Shown: positions 17,276 to 26,666 of the stretch, in pieces
Numbering within the stretch: position 1 is the first letter of the stretch
Layout: each line of letters starts with the position of its first letter
From: an uncultured Selenomonas sp.
Lineage (GTDB): Bacteria; Bacillota; Negativicutes; Selenomonadales; Selenomonadaceae
DNA length: 64,000 nucleotides
Assembly (NCBI RefSeq): GCF_963528755.1
Contig: NZ_CAURXA010000003.1
Coordinates: 113,030-177,029 of the forward strand
Direction of reading: 5' to 3'
Made by a program: the position numbers and the translations under genes
Notes under the pieces: generated by a model
Told to the model about the DNA's origin: nothing
Database searches by the model: none
Seen by the model: the letters and a program-made list of their open reading frames with translations, nothing else

Positions 17276-17857
17276 ATGACAACATATATCGACGGTATCT
17301 CTCTTCGCGCCGCACGGCCTGAAGACGCGGCACAGCTCTCGGCGATCTATCGCCCCTACGTGCTCCATACGGCAATCTCCTTCGAGTACGAGGCGCCGTC
17401 TGCAAACGAATTTCGCACGCGCATCGAGAGGACGCTCGCGCACTATCCCTACATCGTTGCAGAACGCGCAGGCGAGGCGCTCGGCTACGCCTACGCTTCG
17501 CCGCTCCATCCGCGCGCCGCTTATGCTTGGGCGGCGGAAAGCACCATCTACATCAAAGAGGAAGCGCACGCCAGAGGTCTCGGCAAGAGACTTTGCCTCG
17601 TCTTGGAAGACGAGCTTCGCCGCATGAACATCGTCAGTCTCAATGCCTGCATCGCCGTCCCGCGTACAACGGACGATCCCTACCTGACGGAAAACAGCTG
17701 GAAATTCCACGAGCATATCGGCTATCGTCTCGCGGGGCGTTTCCACCAATGCGCCTACAAGTTCGACCGCTGGTACGATATGATATGGATGGAAAAAGAC
17801 CTCGCGGCGCACGAAACCCCGCCGCAGCCCGTGAAGCCTTGGCGGGGTTTTCTATAA
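17276..17857 (+). CDS. GNAT family N-acetyltransferase (phosphinothricin/MnaT-like)
   Basis: ORF trimmed to ATG 17276 (AGGAGG 10 nt upstream). IRAARPEDAAQLSAIYRPYVLHTAISFEYEAPS..EFRTRI..YPYIVAE..GEALGYAY..RGLGKRL matches the PAT-type GNAT layout. Confidence 0.85.
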   Translation: MTTYIDGISLRAARPEDAAQLSAIYRPYVLHTAISFEYEAPSANEFRTRIERTLAHYPYIVAERAGEALGYAYASPLHPRAAYAWAAESTIYIKEEAHARGLGKRLCLVLEDELRRMNIVSLNACIAVPRTTDDPYLTENSWKFHEHIGYRLAGRFHQCAYKFDRWYDMIWMEKDLAAHETPPQPVKPWRGFL

Positions 17858-17893
17858 TATTCACCGTCTTTGCGGTACGTCCCTTCTTCCTCC

Positions 17894-18577
17894 TCAGTCA
17901 TCAATCTCGCGGTAGAGCACCGCGCCTGACTGCGCATCGAGGATCAGTTCATACTTCACATTGTTTGCATAGCACTTCACGCGATACACGGGCTGGAACA
18001 ATGCGCGGTTCGGCGCAGGAGCAGCGGACGCCGTGCCAGGAGCAGGACTCGCAGCATCCGGTGCAGGGGCAGGCGGCTGCTGTGCATCAGGCACCAGAGC
18101 AGGCGACTTCTGCTGCGGCGCGGGAGCGTCCGGCGCCGGCATCTGCCTGTCATGTACATCCTTCGGCTGATCGCCGCGATGATCCTTTCTCTCGTGCTTG
18201 TCCTTCTGATCTCGATGATCCCCCTCACGATGCCCCCCCTTGTGCTTGTCGTCATCGTGCTTCATCCCCTTCGCGCGATTCTCCGTAAGCTCGATCCTTC
18301 GGTAAGTCACCGCCGTCTCATCCACGCCGATGGCGTCGGCGACGAGCGTGCGCACCGCATCCTCCGACAAGAGCGCGAAGCCTTCCTTCTCCGCCTGCGT
18401 CCGAACCATCTGCGTGCGCGCCTCGCTGACGCGCTCCTTGGCGGCGACCTCCTGCCCGTGATGCCAATAAGCGCCACCGCCCGCGAGCACCGCGCCGAGA
18501 GCGGCGACGACGCCTGCGCGCTTCAAATTCTTCGCCGAGAAGATACCCTTCGCCGTTTCCATGATTTTGTTTTCCAT
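17894..18577 (-). CDS. membrane-anchored PepSY domain protein with a His/Asp/Lys-rich and Pro/Ala-rich linker
   Basis: 227 aa with an N-terminal TM segment. Two PepSY-like segments: LSEDAVRTLVADAIGVDETAVTYRRIELTE and YRVKCYANNVKYELILDAQSGAVLYREIDD. Confidence 0.75.
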   Translation of the reverse strand: MENKIMETAKGIFSAKNLKRAGVVAALGAVLAGGGAYWHHGQEVAAKERVSEARTQMVRTQAEKEGFALLSEDAVRTLVADAIGVDETAVTYRRIELTENRAKGMKHDDDKHKGGHREGDHRDQKDKHERKDHRGDQPKDVHDRQMPAPDAPAPQQKSPALVPDAQQPPAPAPDAASPAPGTASAAPAPNRALFQPVYRVKCYANNVKYELILDAQSGAVLYREIDD

Positions 18578-18809
18578 TTGGAAAGCCTCCTTTTACATTG
18601 AACGTCATGTCATAAATGCCTCTGCTGGGCGGCTCATGTGCTCGCCCCTTGCATGGTTCAAGTATACGGCGTGCGCTTAAATCCCCAACAAACGAAAGCT
18701 AAACAAAAACGAAACAAAAGGGAAACAGTTGCAAGAGCCGACACAAAATCGGATATTTCCTGTATAATGGGAGACAAACATCATCCTTGTGGCAACTAAG
18801 GAGGCCTCC

Positions 18810-20312
18810 ATGCTTAAACTCCGAGACATTTCCCTCAAAAAGCGCATCCTCTTGACCAACTTCCTGATGATCGCGCTTCCCGTCGGCTTCCTGCTCGTAC
18901 TCGGCGGCCTGCTCTTCGCGGGGCTCAAGACGACGGGCACGATCCGCGACGCGGAGCTTGCGCTCCTGTGGCAGGACAAGCGCGAGGCACTTTCCATACA
19001 GCTTGCCGTAAGCTCCCTCAAGGCGAAGGCCGATAGCGGCAAGAAGGTCAGCGAGATGGAGGCGGACTGCCGTGCACTTGAGCGATGGGGGATCGATAGC
19101 CTCATCGCCAAGAACGGCGAGACCGTCTACGCCTCCCCTGGCGCCGACCCACAGGAACTCCTGCAAGACGTCCAAATGATCGCCGACAGCTCTCGCTCCT
19201 TCCTGCGCTGGGATGAGCGCGGTCTCGCACTCCTCTATCGCGCAGAGAAAACGCGCACCGTCGTCATCGCGCGCGGCCCCATCCCGTTCCACGCGCGTGC
19301 GCCAAAGGAAGAAGATCCGCTGCACGATGTATGGGAAATCCTCGCCTACATCTTCCTCGCGGCCATGGCCATCGTCATCACGGCGCTCGGCCGCTATCTC
19401 GCACGCCTGCTCTCCGAGCAGATCCTCTCGCCCTTGGAAAAGCTCAAGATCGCCGCCGAAGAAATCCGCCGCGGCAACCTTGACGCCTCCCCCGCCATCG
19501 ATTCAGCGGACGAGATCGGCGCGGTCGGTCGCTCCTTCGACTTCATGCGGCAGTCACTCAAAGAGGAAAAAGCGCGGCGCGAAAAGTATGACGAGAATCG
19601 CAAGGAACTCATCGCGGGCATCTCGCATGATCTAGCGACGCCCCTGACCGCCATCAAGGGCTACGCGAGCGGCATCCTCGACGGCATCGCCAAAAGCCCT
19701 GAGAAGGAACGCCGCTACATCGAGCAAATTCACGAAAGCGCCTGTCTGATGGAAAACATGGTTGAAAACCTCTTTCTCTTCTCGAAGCTTGACCTCAAGA
19801 AGATTCCCTTTCATCTGGAAAGCGTCGCCCTCGCCGACTACCTCGCCGACTTCGCAAGAGATCGAAGCGACTTGTTCGCCGTGCGCGGCCTCGCGCTTTC
19901 CTTCTCTTCTGACGGCAGGCCGTGCCGCGCCGCCATCGACCGCACGCAGTTCCCGCGCGTCCTTGAAAACTTCCTCGAAAACAGCATCAAGTACCGCCGC
20001 GAAGACGTGCCCGCCGCGCTTCACATCCACATTGAAGAAGCGGGAGAAACCGTCCGCCTGAGCTTCACCGACAACGGACAGGGCGTGCCGGCAGAAGCCT
20101 TGGGCAAGCTCTTCGACACCTTCTACCGCACCGACCGCGCACGCACCGACACGAGCAAGGGCAGCGGCCTGGGACTGGCCATCGCACGCGAAATCATCTG
20201 CGCGTGCCACGGCACGATCCGCGCTGAGGCGAATCCAGCGGGCGGACTCATCCTCAAGATCACCCTGCCGCGACAAGAAGACACGACTGAAGAAAGAAGG
20301 GGCGACGCATGA
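18810..20312 (+). CDS. sensor histidine kinase (TM-HAMP-HisKA-HATPase)
   Basis: ORF trimmed to ATG 18810 (AAGGAGG RBS). H-box ELIAGISHDLATPLTAI, N-box ENSIKY, G-boxes DNGQGV and GSGLGLAI. Confidence 0.9.
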   Translation: MLKLRDISLKKRILLTNFLMIALPVGFLLVLGGLLFAGLKTTGTIRDAELALLWQDKREALSIQLAVSSLKAKADSGKKVSEMEADCRALERWGIDSLIAKNGETVYASPGADPQELLQDVQMIADSSRSFLRWDERGLALLYRAEKTRTVVIARGPIPFHARAPKEEDPLHDVWEILAYIFLAAMAIVITALGRYLARLLSEQILSPLEKLKIAAEEIRRGNLDASPAIDSADEIGAVGRSFDFMRQSLKEEKARREKYDENRKELIAGISHDLATPLTAIKGYASGILDGIAKSPEKERRYIEQIHESACLMENMVENLFLFSKLDLKKIPFHLESVALADYLADFARDRSDLFAVRGLALSFSSDGRPCRAAIDRTQFPRVLENFLENSIKYRREDVPAALHIHIEEAGETVRLSFTDNGQGVPAEALGKLFDTFYRTDRARTDTSKGSGLGLAIAREIICACHGTIRAEANPAGGLILKITLPRQEDTTEERRGDA

Positions 20313-21016
20313 AACGCATCCTGATCATCGAGGACGACAAAGCGATTGCAGAGCTTGAGCGCGACTACCTCGAAGCCAACGACTTTTCCGTGGAAATCAT
20401 CGCCGACGGCAAAAAGGGCGAAGAAAAGGCGCTTGACGAAGACTTCGACCTCATTCTGCTCGACCTCATGCTGCCAAGTGCGGACGGCTTCTCCATCTGC
20501 CGCGCCATCCGCCGGGAAAAAGACACGCCGATCCTCATGGTCTCGGCACGTCAGGAGGAAATCGACAAGGTTCGCGGCCTCGGCCTCGGCGCCGACGACT
20601 ACATCGTCAAGCCCTTCAGCCCCAATGAACTCACGGCTCGCGTCAAGGCGCATATCGCACGCTACGAGCGCCTCACGCAAAAGACGGTGCAAAAGTCGGG
20701 CAGCATCTTCACCGGCGGACTCGAAATCTGCCCCGAAGCGCGCCGCGTCTTCACGGACGGTAAGGAAGTCTCTCTCACGCGCCGCGAATTCGACCTCCTA
20801 CTCTTCTTCGCGGAGAATCCCGGCATCGCTTTCAGCAAGGACAAGCTCTTCGACCGCATTTGGGGCATGGACGCCCTCGGCGACACGGCGACCGTCATGG
20901 TTCACATCAACCGCATCCGCGAAAAGATCGAACCGAACCCCGCCACGCCCATTTACATCGAAACCGTCTGGGGCGTCGGCTACCGCTTTCGAGGTGACGC
21001 CGGGCATACAAGTTAA
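20309..21016 (+). CDS. OmpR/PhoB-type response regulator
   Basis: 235 aa, MKRILIIEDD..DLILLDLMLP..KPF.., with a winged-helix C-terminus ..TVWGVGYRF. ATGA overlap with the kinase gene. Confidence 0.93.
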   Translation: MKRILIIEDDKAIAELERDYLEANDFSVEIIADGKKGEEKALDEDFDLILLDLMLPSADGFSICRAIRREKDTPILMVSARQEEIDKVRGLGLGADDYIVKPFSPNELTARVKAHIARYERLTQKTVQKSGSIFTGGLEICPEARRVFTDGKEVSLTRREFDLLLFFAENPGIAFSKDKLFDRIWGMDALGDTATVMVHINRIREKIEPNPATPIYIETVWGVGYRFRGDAGHTS

Positions 21017-21033
21017 AACGTCTTACAACGCAT

Positions 21034-21087
21034 CAAACACAAAGAAGGAGCTGCCGCACCGTCGCGGCAGCTCCTTCTTTGTGTTTG
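21034..21087. terminator. bidirectional terminator (24-bp stem)
   Basis: CAAACACAAAGAAGGAGCTGCCGC-ACCGT-CGCGGCAGCTCCTTCTTTGTGTTTG, between the convergent regulator and metQ genes. Confidence 0.85.
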
Positions 21088-21096
21088 ATTCCGATC

Positions 21097-21897
21097 TTAG
21101 AACGCGGGGACGATCGCGCCCTTGTACTTCTCGTCGATGAACTTCTTGACTTCCTCGGATCTCAGCGCCTTCATCAGCGCCTGGATCTCGGGACGCTTCT
21201 CGTCGCCCGTGCGCACGGCGACGATGTTGACGTAGGGCGAAGTGCTGTCTTCCATGAAGAGCGCATCCTTCGTCGGAACGAGGTTCGCCTGCATCGCATA
21301 GTTCGTGTTGATGACGGCGGCATCGACGTCATCGAGCGTGCGCGGCACCTGCGCGGCTTCGACTTCCTGGAACTTGAGGTTCTTCTTGTTCTCCGTGATG
21401 TCATGCACCGTCGGGTTCGTGCCCGCGCCTTCCCTGAGCTTCAAAAGGCCAGCCTTTTCAAGAAGCAGGAGCGAGCGGCCGCCGTTCGTCGGGTCGTTCG
21501 GGATCGCGACGGACGCGCCGTCAGAGAGCTCGTCGAGCTTCTTGATCTTGCGCGAGTAGACGCCCATCGGCTCGATGTGCACGCCGCCGGCGTTCGCGAG
21601 CTTCATTTCCTTGTGCTCGGAAATGAAGTTGTCAAGGTATGGCAGATGCTGGAAGAAGTTCGCGTCAAGCTCCTTGTCGTTCAGCGCGATGTTCGGCTGC
21701 ACATAGTCGGTGAACTCGACGATTTCAAGCTTGTATCCTTCCTTTTCCAAGAGCGGCTTGATCGTCTCAAGGATCTCAGCGTGCGGCACAGGCGTCGCGC
21801 CGACCTTGATGGTCTTGGATGCACTTTGTCCGCCGCAGCCCGCAAGGGCAAGGACGGAGAGCGTGAGCGCCGCGAGGATGACGAATAGTTTCTTCAT
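21097..21897 (-). CDS. metQ: MetQ/NlpA family methionine ABC transporter substrate-binding lipoprotein
   Basis: ORF trimmed to ATG 21897. MKKLFVILAALTLSVLALAGCGG lipobox followed by an NlpA-family body. Confidence 0.9.
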   Translation of the reverse strand: MKKLFVILAALTLSVLALAGCGGQSASKTIKVGATPVPHAEILETIKPLLEKEGYKLEIVEFTDYVQPNIALNDKELDANFFQHLPYLDNFISEHKEMKLANAGGVHIEPMGVYSRKIKKLDELSDGASVAIPNDPTNGGRSLLLLEKAGLLKLREGAGTNPTVHDITENKKNLKFQEVEAAQVPRTLDDVDAAVINTNYAMQANLVPTKDALFMEDSTSPYVNIVAVRTGDEKRPEIQALMKALRSEEVKKFIDEKYKGAIVPAF

Positions 21898-21971
21898 AAT
21901 TTTTCCTCCTTGTGAATGGGACTCTTCGGTGAAAGCCGACGAGGCTGCACCTTCGCCCGCTTTCATGAAAG

Positions 21972-22625
21972 TTACTTTTTATTCAAGCCGTTCGCCAGGC
22001 GGTTGCCTAGGAACTGGACGATTTGCACGAGGACGATGAGGATGACGACAGTCGCGATCATGATGTCGGGGCGAAAGCGCTGATACCCGTAGCGGATCGC
22101 GAGATCGCCGAGACCGCCGCCGCCGATCGCGCCCGCCATCGCCGACTCACCGACGAGGGCGATGACGACGGTCGTGAGCTGAGCGACGATGCTCGGCATG
22201 GACTCAGGCAAAAGCACGCGCCGCACGATCTGATAGGGCGTAGCGCCCATCGAAAGCGCGGCTTCAACGAGTCCTGCTGGCACTTCCCGAAGCGACGTCT
22301 CGACCTGACGTCCGATGAACGGGATCGAGGCGAGGACGAGCGGCACCATCGCCGCCGTCGTGCCGATGGATGTCCCGACAATGAAGCGCGTGAACGGGAT
22401 GATCGCGACCATCAGGATGATGAACGGGATCGAACGAAGCGCGTTGACAACAGCGCCGATGGCGCGGTTCAAAGGCATACATTCGAGGATCTGCCCCTTC
22501 GCCGTCGTTGCGAGCAGCACGCCGAGCGGGATGCCGATGAGGCTCGCGACGATCATCGAGACGACGACCATGTAGACCGTCTCGCCGAGCGCCTTCGTAA
22601 GGAGCGGCAGCATATCAGCGGACAT
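21972..22625 (-). CDS. metI: methionine ABC transporter permease
   Basis: 217 aa, five-TM MetI-like protein with the EAA-type loop ..EAALSMGATPYQIVRRVLLPE. Confidence 0.9.
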   Translation of the reverse strand: MSADMLPLLTKALGETVYMVVVSMIVASLIGIPLGVLLATTAKGQILECMPLNRAIGAVVNALRSIPFIILMVAIIPFTRFIVGTSIGTTAAMVPLVLASIPFIGRQVETSLREVPAGLVEAALSMGATPYQIVRRVLLPESMPSIVAQLTTVVIALVGESAMAGAIGGGGLGDLAIRYGYQRFRPDIMIATVVILIVLVQIVQFLGNRLANGLNKK

Positions 22626-23658
22626 AGCCGATCACCTCCTTCGTAAGATCACGCGTATCGAGGTAAGAGAGCGCACGGTCGATCTCTACCTGCTCGCCCT
22701 TGATGCCGACGATCATGCGCCCGTAGGGCACGCTCTTGATCTGGTCGAGCGTGCCGTAAAGAATGGACACCTCGATGGAAAAGCGCCGGATGACATCGGC
22801 GATGACGGGATCGTCAGCGCGTTCGCCGAGGAACGTCAGGCGAAGGAGCAGCTCGCCGCCCTCGACAGGCTCAGGCGAAAGTTCCTTCTTGCGGTAGTTG
22901 ATCGGCAGATCGTTCGACAGGAGCGTGCTGACGAACTCGCGCGTGATTCTTTCTTTCGGCTTCGTGAAGATGTCGAGCACGGAGCCTTTTTCGGCGATGA
23001 CGCCGCCCTCGATGACGGCGACTTTGTCGCATATATCCTTGATGACCTGCATTTCATGCGTGATGATGACGACGGTCAGGCCGAGCTTCTTGTTGATGTC
23101 TGCGATGAGATGCAGGATCGACTTCGTCGTCTGCGGATCGAGCGCACTCGTCGCCTCGTCCGACAAGAGCACCTTCGGATCGGACGCGAGCGCCCGCGCG
23201 ATGCCGACGCGCTGCTTCTGCCCGCCCGAGAGCTGAGACGGATACTGCTGCGCCTTGTCGGCGAGTCCGACGAGCGCGAGGAGCGGCTCGACCTTCGTGC
23301 GGATCTGCTTCTCGTCCGTACCGGAAAGGCGCAGGGGGAAGGCGACGTTGTCGTAGACGGTCGCCGAGGACAGCAGGTTGAAGTGCTGGAAGATCATGCC
23401 GATGCCCTTGCGCTCTTCGCGAAGCTCGGCCTCGCTGAGCGCGGTCAAATCCTTGCCGTCGATGATGACCTTGCCCTCGGTCGGCCGCTCCAGCATGTTG
23501 ATGCAGCGGATCAAGGTCGACTTGCCCGCGCCCGAAAGGCCGATGATGCCATAGATCTCGCCGCGCTCGATTTCGAGGTCGACGCCCTTTAGCGCCGTGA
23601 CCTCGCCCGCCGCGCTCTCATAGCTTTTCTTGATGGCAGCAAGCCTTATCATGCTCAT
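22615..23658 (-). CDS. metN: methionine ABC transporter ATP-binding protein
   Basis: ORF trimmed to ATG 23658. Walker A GLSGAGKST, signature LSGGQKQRV, Walker B LLSDEATSALD, and a C-terminal NIL domain. Confidence 0.92.
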   Translation of the reverse strand: MSMIRLAAIKKSYESAAGEVTALKGVDLEIERGEIYGIIGLSGAGKSTLIRCINMLERPTEGKVIIDGKDLTALSEAELREERKGIGMIFQHFNLLSSATVYDNVAFPLRLSGTDEKQIRTKVEPLLALVGLADKAQQYPSQLSGGQKQRVGIARALASDPKVLLSDEATSALDPQTTKSILHLIADINKKLGLTVVIITHEMQVIKDICDKVAVIEGGVIAEKGSVLDIFTKPKERITREFVSTLLSNDLPINYRKKELSPEPVEGGELLLRLTFLGERADDPVIADVIRRFSIEVSILYGTLDQIKSVPYGRMIVGIKGEQVEIDRALSYLDTRDLTKEVIGYVR

Positions 23659-23724
23659 AAAATCACATCCTTGTGACTGCCGCTTTTGCAGCAGCAAAAT
23701 TCATACCAAATTTATATGATTTGC

Positions 23725-23753
23725 ATGTTATCACAGTGCAGGCGACTTGTCAA
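23725..23753 (-). promoter_or_regulatory. candidate promoter of metNIQ
   Basis: Reverse strand reads TTGACA (23753-23748), 17-nt spacer, TAACAT (23730-23725). The leader is short and has no S-box. Confidence 0.45.
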
Positions 23754-23841
23754 GAACATTTCTGACGACTACAAAAAATCGCCTGCGTCTTTGCCGCCAC
23801 ATACACTCTATTCTACGCGATTCGTCTTCTTTTGTATAGTC

Positions 23842-23875
23842 AAAAAAACGCGTGCAGCGTCGAAATGCTGCACGC
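23842..23875 (-). terminator. terminator after the ClC gene
   Basis: Reverse strand reads GCGTGCAGC-loop-GCTGCACGC followed by GTTTTTTT. Confidence 0.8.
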
Positions 23876-23890
23876 AGAAGCACATCTCCG

Positions 23891-25459
23891 TCAGTCGCGC
23901 GAAAAGCCGCCGCTTGCCTCCCCTGCCGCTCTTTCCAGCGCTCCAAGCTCGCCCTCCTCAGTCAGCACATAGAGCATGTCGCCCGCCTTGAGCATGAGGC
24001 TGCCCTGCGGCAGAAGCTCGATCGTGCCGCGCCGCACATTCATGACGTAGCCGTGCGCTCCCCAGTCGATCGCAGAGACGCATCGACCCTCCATCGCGCT
24101 TCCCGCCGCGACGCAAAGCTCCGCCATGACGCGGCGGCGCGAGCCTCTCGCGCCCTGCCCGCGCGAACGCTCGTAAAGCTCGTCGTAGATGGGTCGGCCG
24201 CCCGTGAGATCGTTGACGAGCGCAGCGCAGGCGGAGACGCAGACGACGGCAAGCAGGTGCTCAAAGGAGCCGGTGATCTCCATGATGAGGAGGCTCGCCG
24301 TCAGCGGCGCCTTGATGCTTCCTGCGAAAAAGCCCGCCATGCCGAGGACGACGAAGGTCGGGCAGAGTGCCGCGGGCAGAGCGCCAAGCGCGGCCGCTGC
24401 CGCAGCGAAGAGCGCACCGGAAAGCGCACCGAGGACGAGAACGGGCAGGAAGATGCCGCCCGGCACGCCCGAGCCATAGCAGAAGACCGTAAAGAGGAAC
24501 TTGCCGATGAAGATGACGAGGATCGCGCCAAAGACGAGCGGTTCCTGCACCATGCGGTTGACGAGAAAGTTGCCGCCCGAAAGGATCTCAGGCAGCAAGA
24601 AACTGAGAACGCCCGCCGCGAGGAACGGGATCGCCGTGCGAAGACCGAGAGAAGGCACAAAGCGCCCCCAGGTGTCGAGCGCGAGGCAAAGCACGCGGTT
24701 GAAGAGCCTGCCGAGCGCACCCGAGAATATGCCGAGCAGGAAGAGCAGCAGGTACGCGCTGCCGAGCGGCACGGCGGGCACGGAGTCGACGGCGAACATC
24801 GGGCCAACGCCGAAGATCTCCTGCGTCACGAAGCCCGCGGCGATGGCAGAGCCGAGGACGCCCATGAGCATCTGCGGCGAGAAGTTCTTTGCCAGCTCCT
24901 CGAAGGAAAAGACGAGACTCGCCAAAGGCGCGTTGAAGATGGCGGCAAAGCCTGCGCCAGCGCCCGCCGTCAGAAGGAATCGCTCCTCGGCACGCGCACG
25001 CCCGGCCGTGCGGCTGACGCCTGCCCCCACACAGGCGCCGATCTCCACGCTCGGGCCGCCGCGCCCAAGCGACAATCCCGCACCGATGCCGAGCACGACG
25101 CTGGCGAACTTGCCGAAGAGCACGCGCGCCCAGCGCAAGTGACTGTCGCCGCGCAGCACGCCCTTGAGATCGGGGATGCCGCCACCGCCGACCATGGAGT
25201 CAAACTGCATGAGATACCGAACGACGACGGAAAGCGCAAGAAGAGCGAGGAAATACCCCGCCGTCCAGAGCGGCGAAGCGTCGCGCAGGAAGTCGTAGAG
25301 CACGGGGCGCAAATGATCGGCGCTTTCCAAGAGCCAGTGATAGAGCGCGATGACAGCGCCCACGAGGGCGCCGATCAGAAGCCCGTCCGTGAAGAGGCGC
25401 AGGCGAAAGTGCGCGGGCTTTTTCACATAGAGAAGCGCACGCTCAATATTTTCCGGCAT
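23891..25459 (-). CDS. ClC family chloride channel/antiporter with a C-terminal TrkA-C (RCK_C) domain
   Basis: ORF trimmed to ATG 25459 (GGGAGGG 9 nt upstream). Contains GGGIPDLKG, GRGGPSVEIG and GIFLP selectivity motifs. The C-terminus (..CVAAGSAMEGRCVSAIDW..LLPQGSLMLKAGDMLYVL) is TrkA-C-like. Confidence 0.9.
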   Translation of the reverse strand: MPENIERALLYVKKPAHFRLRLFTDGLLIGALVGAVIALYHWLLESADHLRPVLYDFLRDASPLWTAGYFLALLALSVVVRYLMQFDSMVGGGGIPDLKGVLRGDSHLRWARVLFGKFASVVLGIGAGLSLGRGGPSVEIGACVGAGVSRTAGRARAEERFLLTAGAGAGFAAIFNAPLASLVFSFEELAKNFSPQMLMGVLGSAIAAGFVTQEIFGVGPMFAVDSVPAVPLGSAYLLLFLLGIFSGALGRLFNRVLCLALDTWGRFVPSLGLRTAIPFLAAGVLSFLLPEILSGGNFLVNRMVQEPLVFGAILVIFIGKFLFTVFCYGSGVPGGIFLPVLVLGALSGALFAAAAAALGALPAALCPTFVVLGMAGFFAGSIKAPLTASLLIMEITGSFEHLLAVVCVSACAALVNDLTGGRPIYDELYERSRGQGARGSRRRVMAELCVAAGSAMEGRCVSAIDWGAHGYVMNVRRGTIELLPQGSLMLKAGDMLYVLTEEGELGALERAAGEASGGFSRD

Positions 25460-25480
25460 CGTATCTTTCCCTCCCAAGCG

Positions 25481-25512
25481 AAAAGCCGCGCAGCCTCAAA
25501 GGATGCGCGGCT
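25481..25512 (-). terminator. terminator after galM
   Basis: Reverse strand reads AGCCGCGCA-loop-TGCGCGGCT followed by TTTCG. Confidence 0.65.
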
Positions 25513-25547
25513 CTTGACGCTTGCTCAAAACGGCTCGCTTATGGGCG

Positions 25548-26660
25548 TCACGCCAAGCCAAAGGCGAACACCGTCCGCGCCTGCCACTTCTTGCCCGAGC
25601 GCAGGAGCGGCTGCGGGAAGTTCGCATGATGCACGGCGTCGGGGAAGACCTGCGCTTCGAGCGTGAAGCCTGCGCGCGGAGCGAATGCCGCGCCCGCCTT
25701 GCCCGCGAGCACGCCGTCGAGATGGTTGCCCGAGTAGAACTGCACGCCGGGCTGCGTCGTGTAAGCGTGCATGTGGATGCCGGTCTTTTCAGCATAGGCG
25801 TGGGCGAGCTTATGGAGGTTCGCGTAGTCGATAGGGCACGCGGCGTCTTCGCCGAGACCCAGTTTCTTCGCCTCTTCTTCAGCGGGCGTTTGATCGAGCA
25901 CGAAGTTGTGGTCGTAGCCGCCCGCCCAGCGCATCTGGCTGAACGGCGCGTCGATGCGTGCGCCGATCTCCTTCATCTCACGGAAGTCGAGCGGCGTCCC
26001 TTCTACGAGCAGGATGCGCCCGTCAGGAATCAGCTCATTGTCCGTCGGCGTGTACTTCTCGGCGAAGATGCGGATCTTATGGTCGAGCACCGAGCCGGAG
26101 CTGAAGCCTTCGAGATTGAAATACGTATGATGCGACGGATTGCAGATCGTATCGCCGTCCGCCTCCGCTTCATAGGAAATAACGAACTCGTTCTTCTCGG
26201 AGAGCGCATACGTCACGGCGAGCTTCAAGTCGCCCGGGTAGCCGCCCTCGCCCGCAGGACTCAGGTAGCGAAGCACAAGCGCCCCGTCCTTTTCTTCCGC
26301 CGCCCAGACCTTCTTGTCATAGCCGCCCAAGGAGCCGCCGTGCAGATGATTCCTGCCCTCGTTGCACTCTAAGACGTACTTCTCGTCGTCGATCGGCAAA
26401 TCGCCGAAAGCGATGCGCCCCACGGAGCGCCCTACGATCGCGCCGAAATACTTGTCGTCCGCCTCGTAGCCTTTGAGATCATCGTAGCCGAGCGCCACGT
26501 CGATGCTCTTGCCCTCTCTGTCGGGCACGATGAGCGACTGCACGCGCGCGCCGTAGTCCATGATGCGAACCCTCATGCCGCCGCTGTTCTCCAACGTATA
26601 AAGCGTGATGAGCCTGCCGTTCTTCAGCTCGCCGAACGCTTCCTTCGTGATCTTCGCCAT
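25548..26660 (-). CDS. galM: aldose 1-epimerase (galactose mutarotase)
   Basis: 370 aa, ..GYDDLKGY......FGAIVGR..NRI....F.....Y.L..N.G.NHLHGG.., typical mutarotase. GGGAGG RBS. Confidence 0.9.
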   Translation of the reverse strand: MAKITKEAFGELKNGRLITLYTLENSGGMRVRIMDYGARVQSLIVPDREGKSIDVALGYDDLKGYEADDKYFGAIVGRSVGRIAFGDLPIDDEKYVLECNEGRNHLHGGSLGGYDKKVWAAEEKDGALVLRYLSPAGEGGYPGDLKLAVTYALSEKNEFVISYEAEADGDTICNPSHHTYFNLEGFSSGSVLDHKIRIFAEKYTPTDNELIPDGRILLVEGTPLDFREMKEIGARIDAPFSQMRWAGGYDHNFVLDQTPAEEEAKKLGLGEDAACPIDYANLHKLAHAYAEKTGIHMHAYTTQPGVQFYSGNHLDGVLAGKAGAAFAPRAGFTLEAQVFPDAVHHANFPQPLLRSGKKWQARTVFAFGLA

Positions 26661-26666
26661 CTGCTA

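Noticed and set aside
23659-23890. Expected S-box (SAM-I) riboswitch upstream of metNIQ.
   Set aside because: The leader between the TTGACA-17-TAACAT promoter and the start codon is only about 65 nt, and it lacks the S-box conserved helices. The remainder of the spacer is the ClC terminator.
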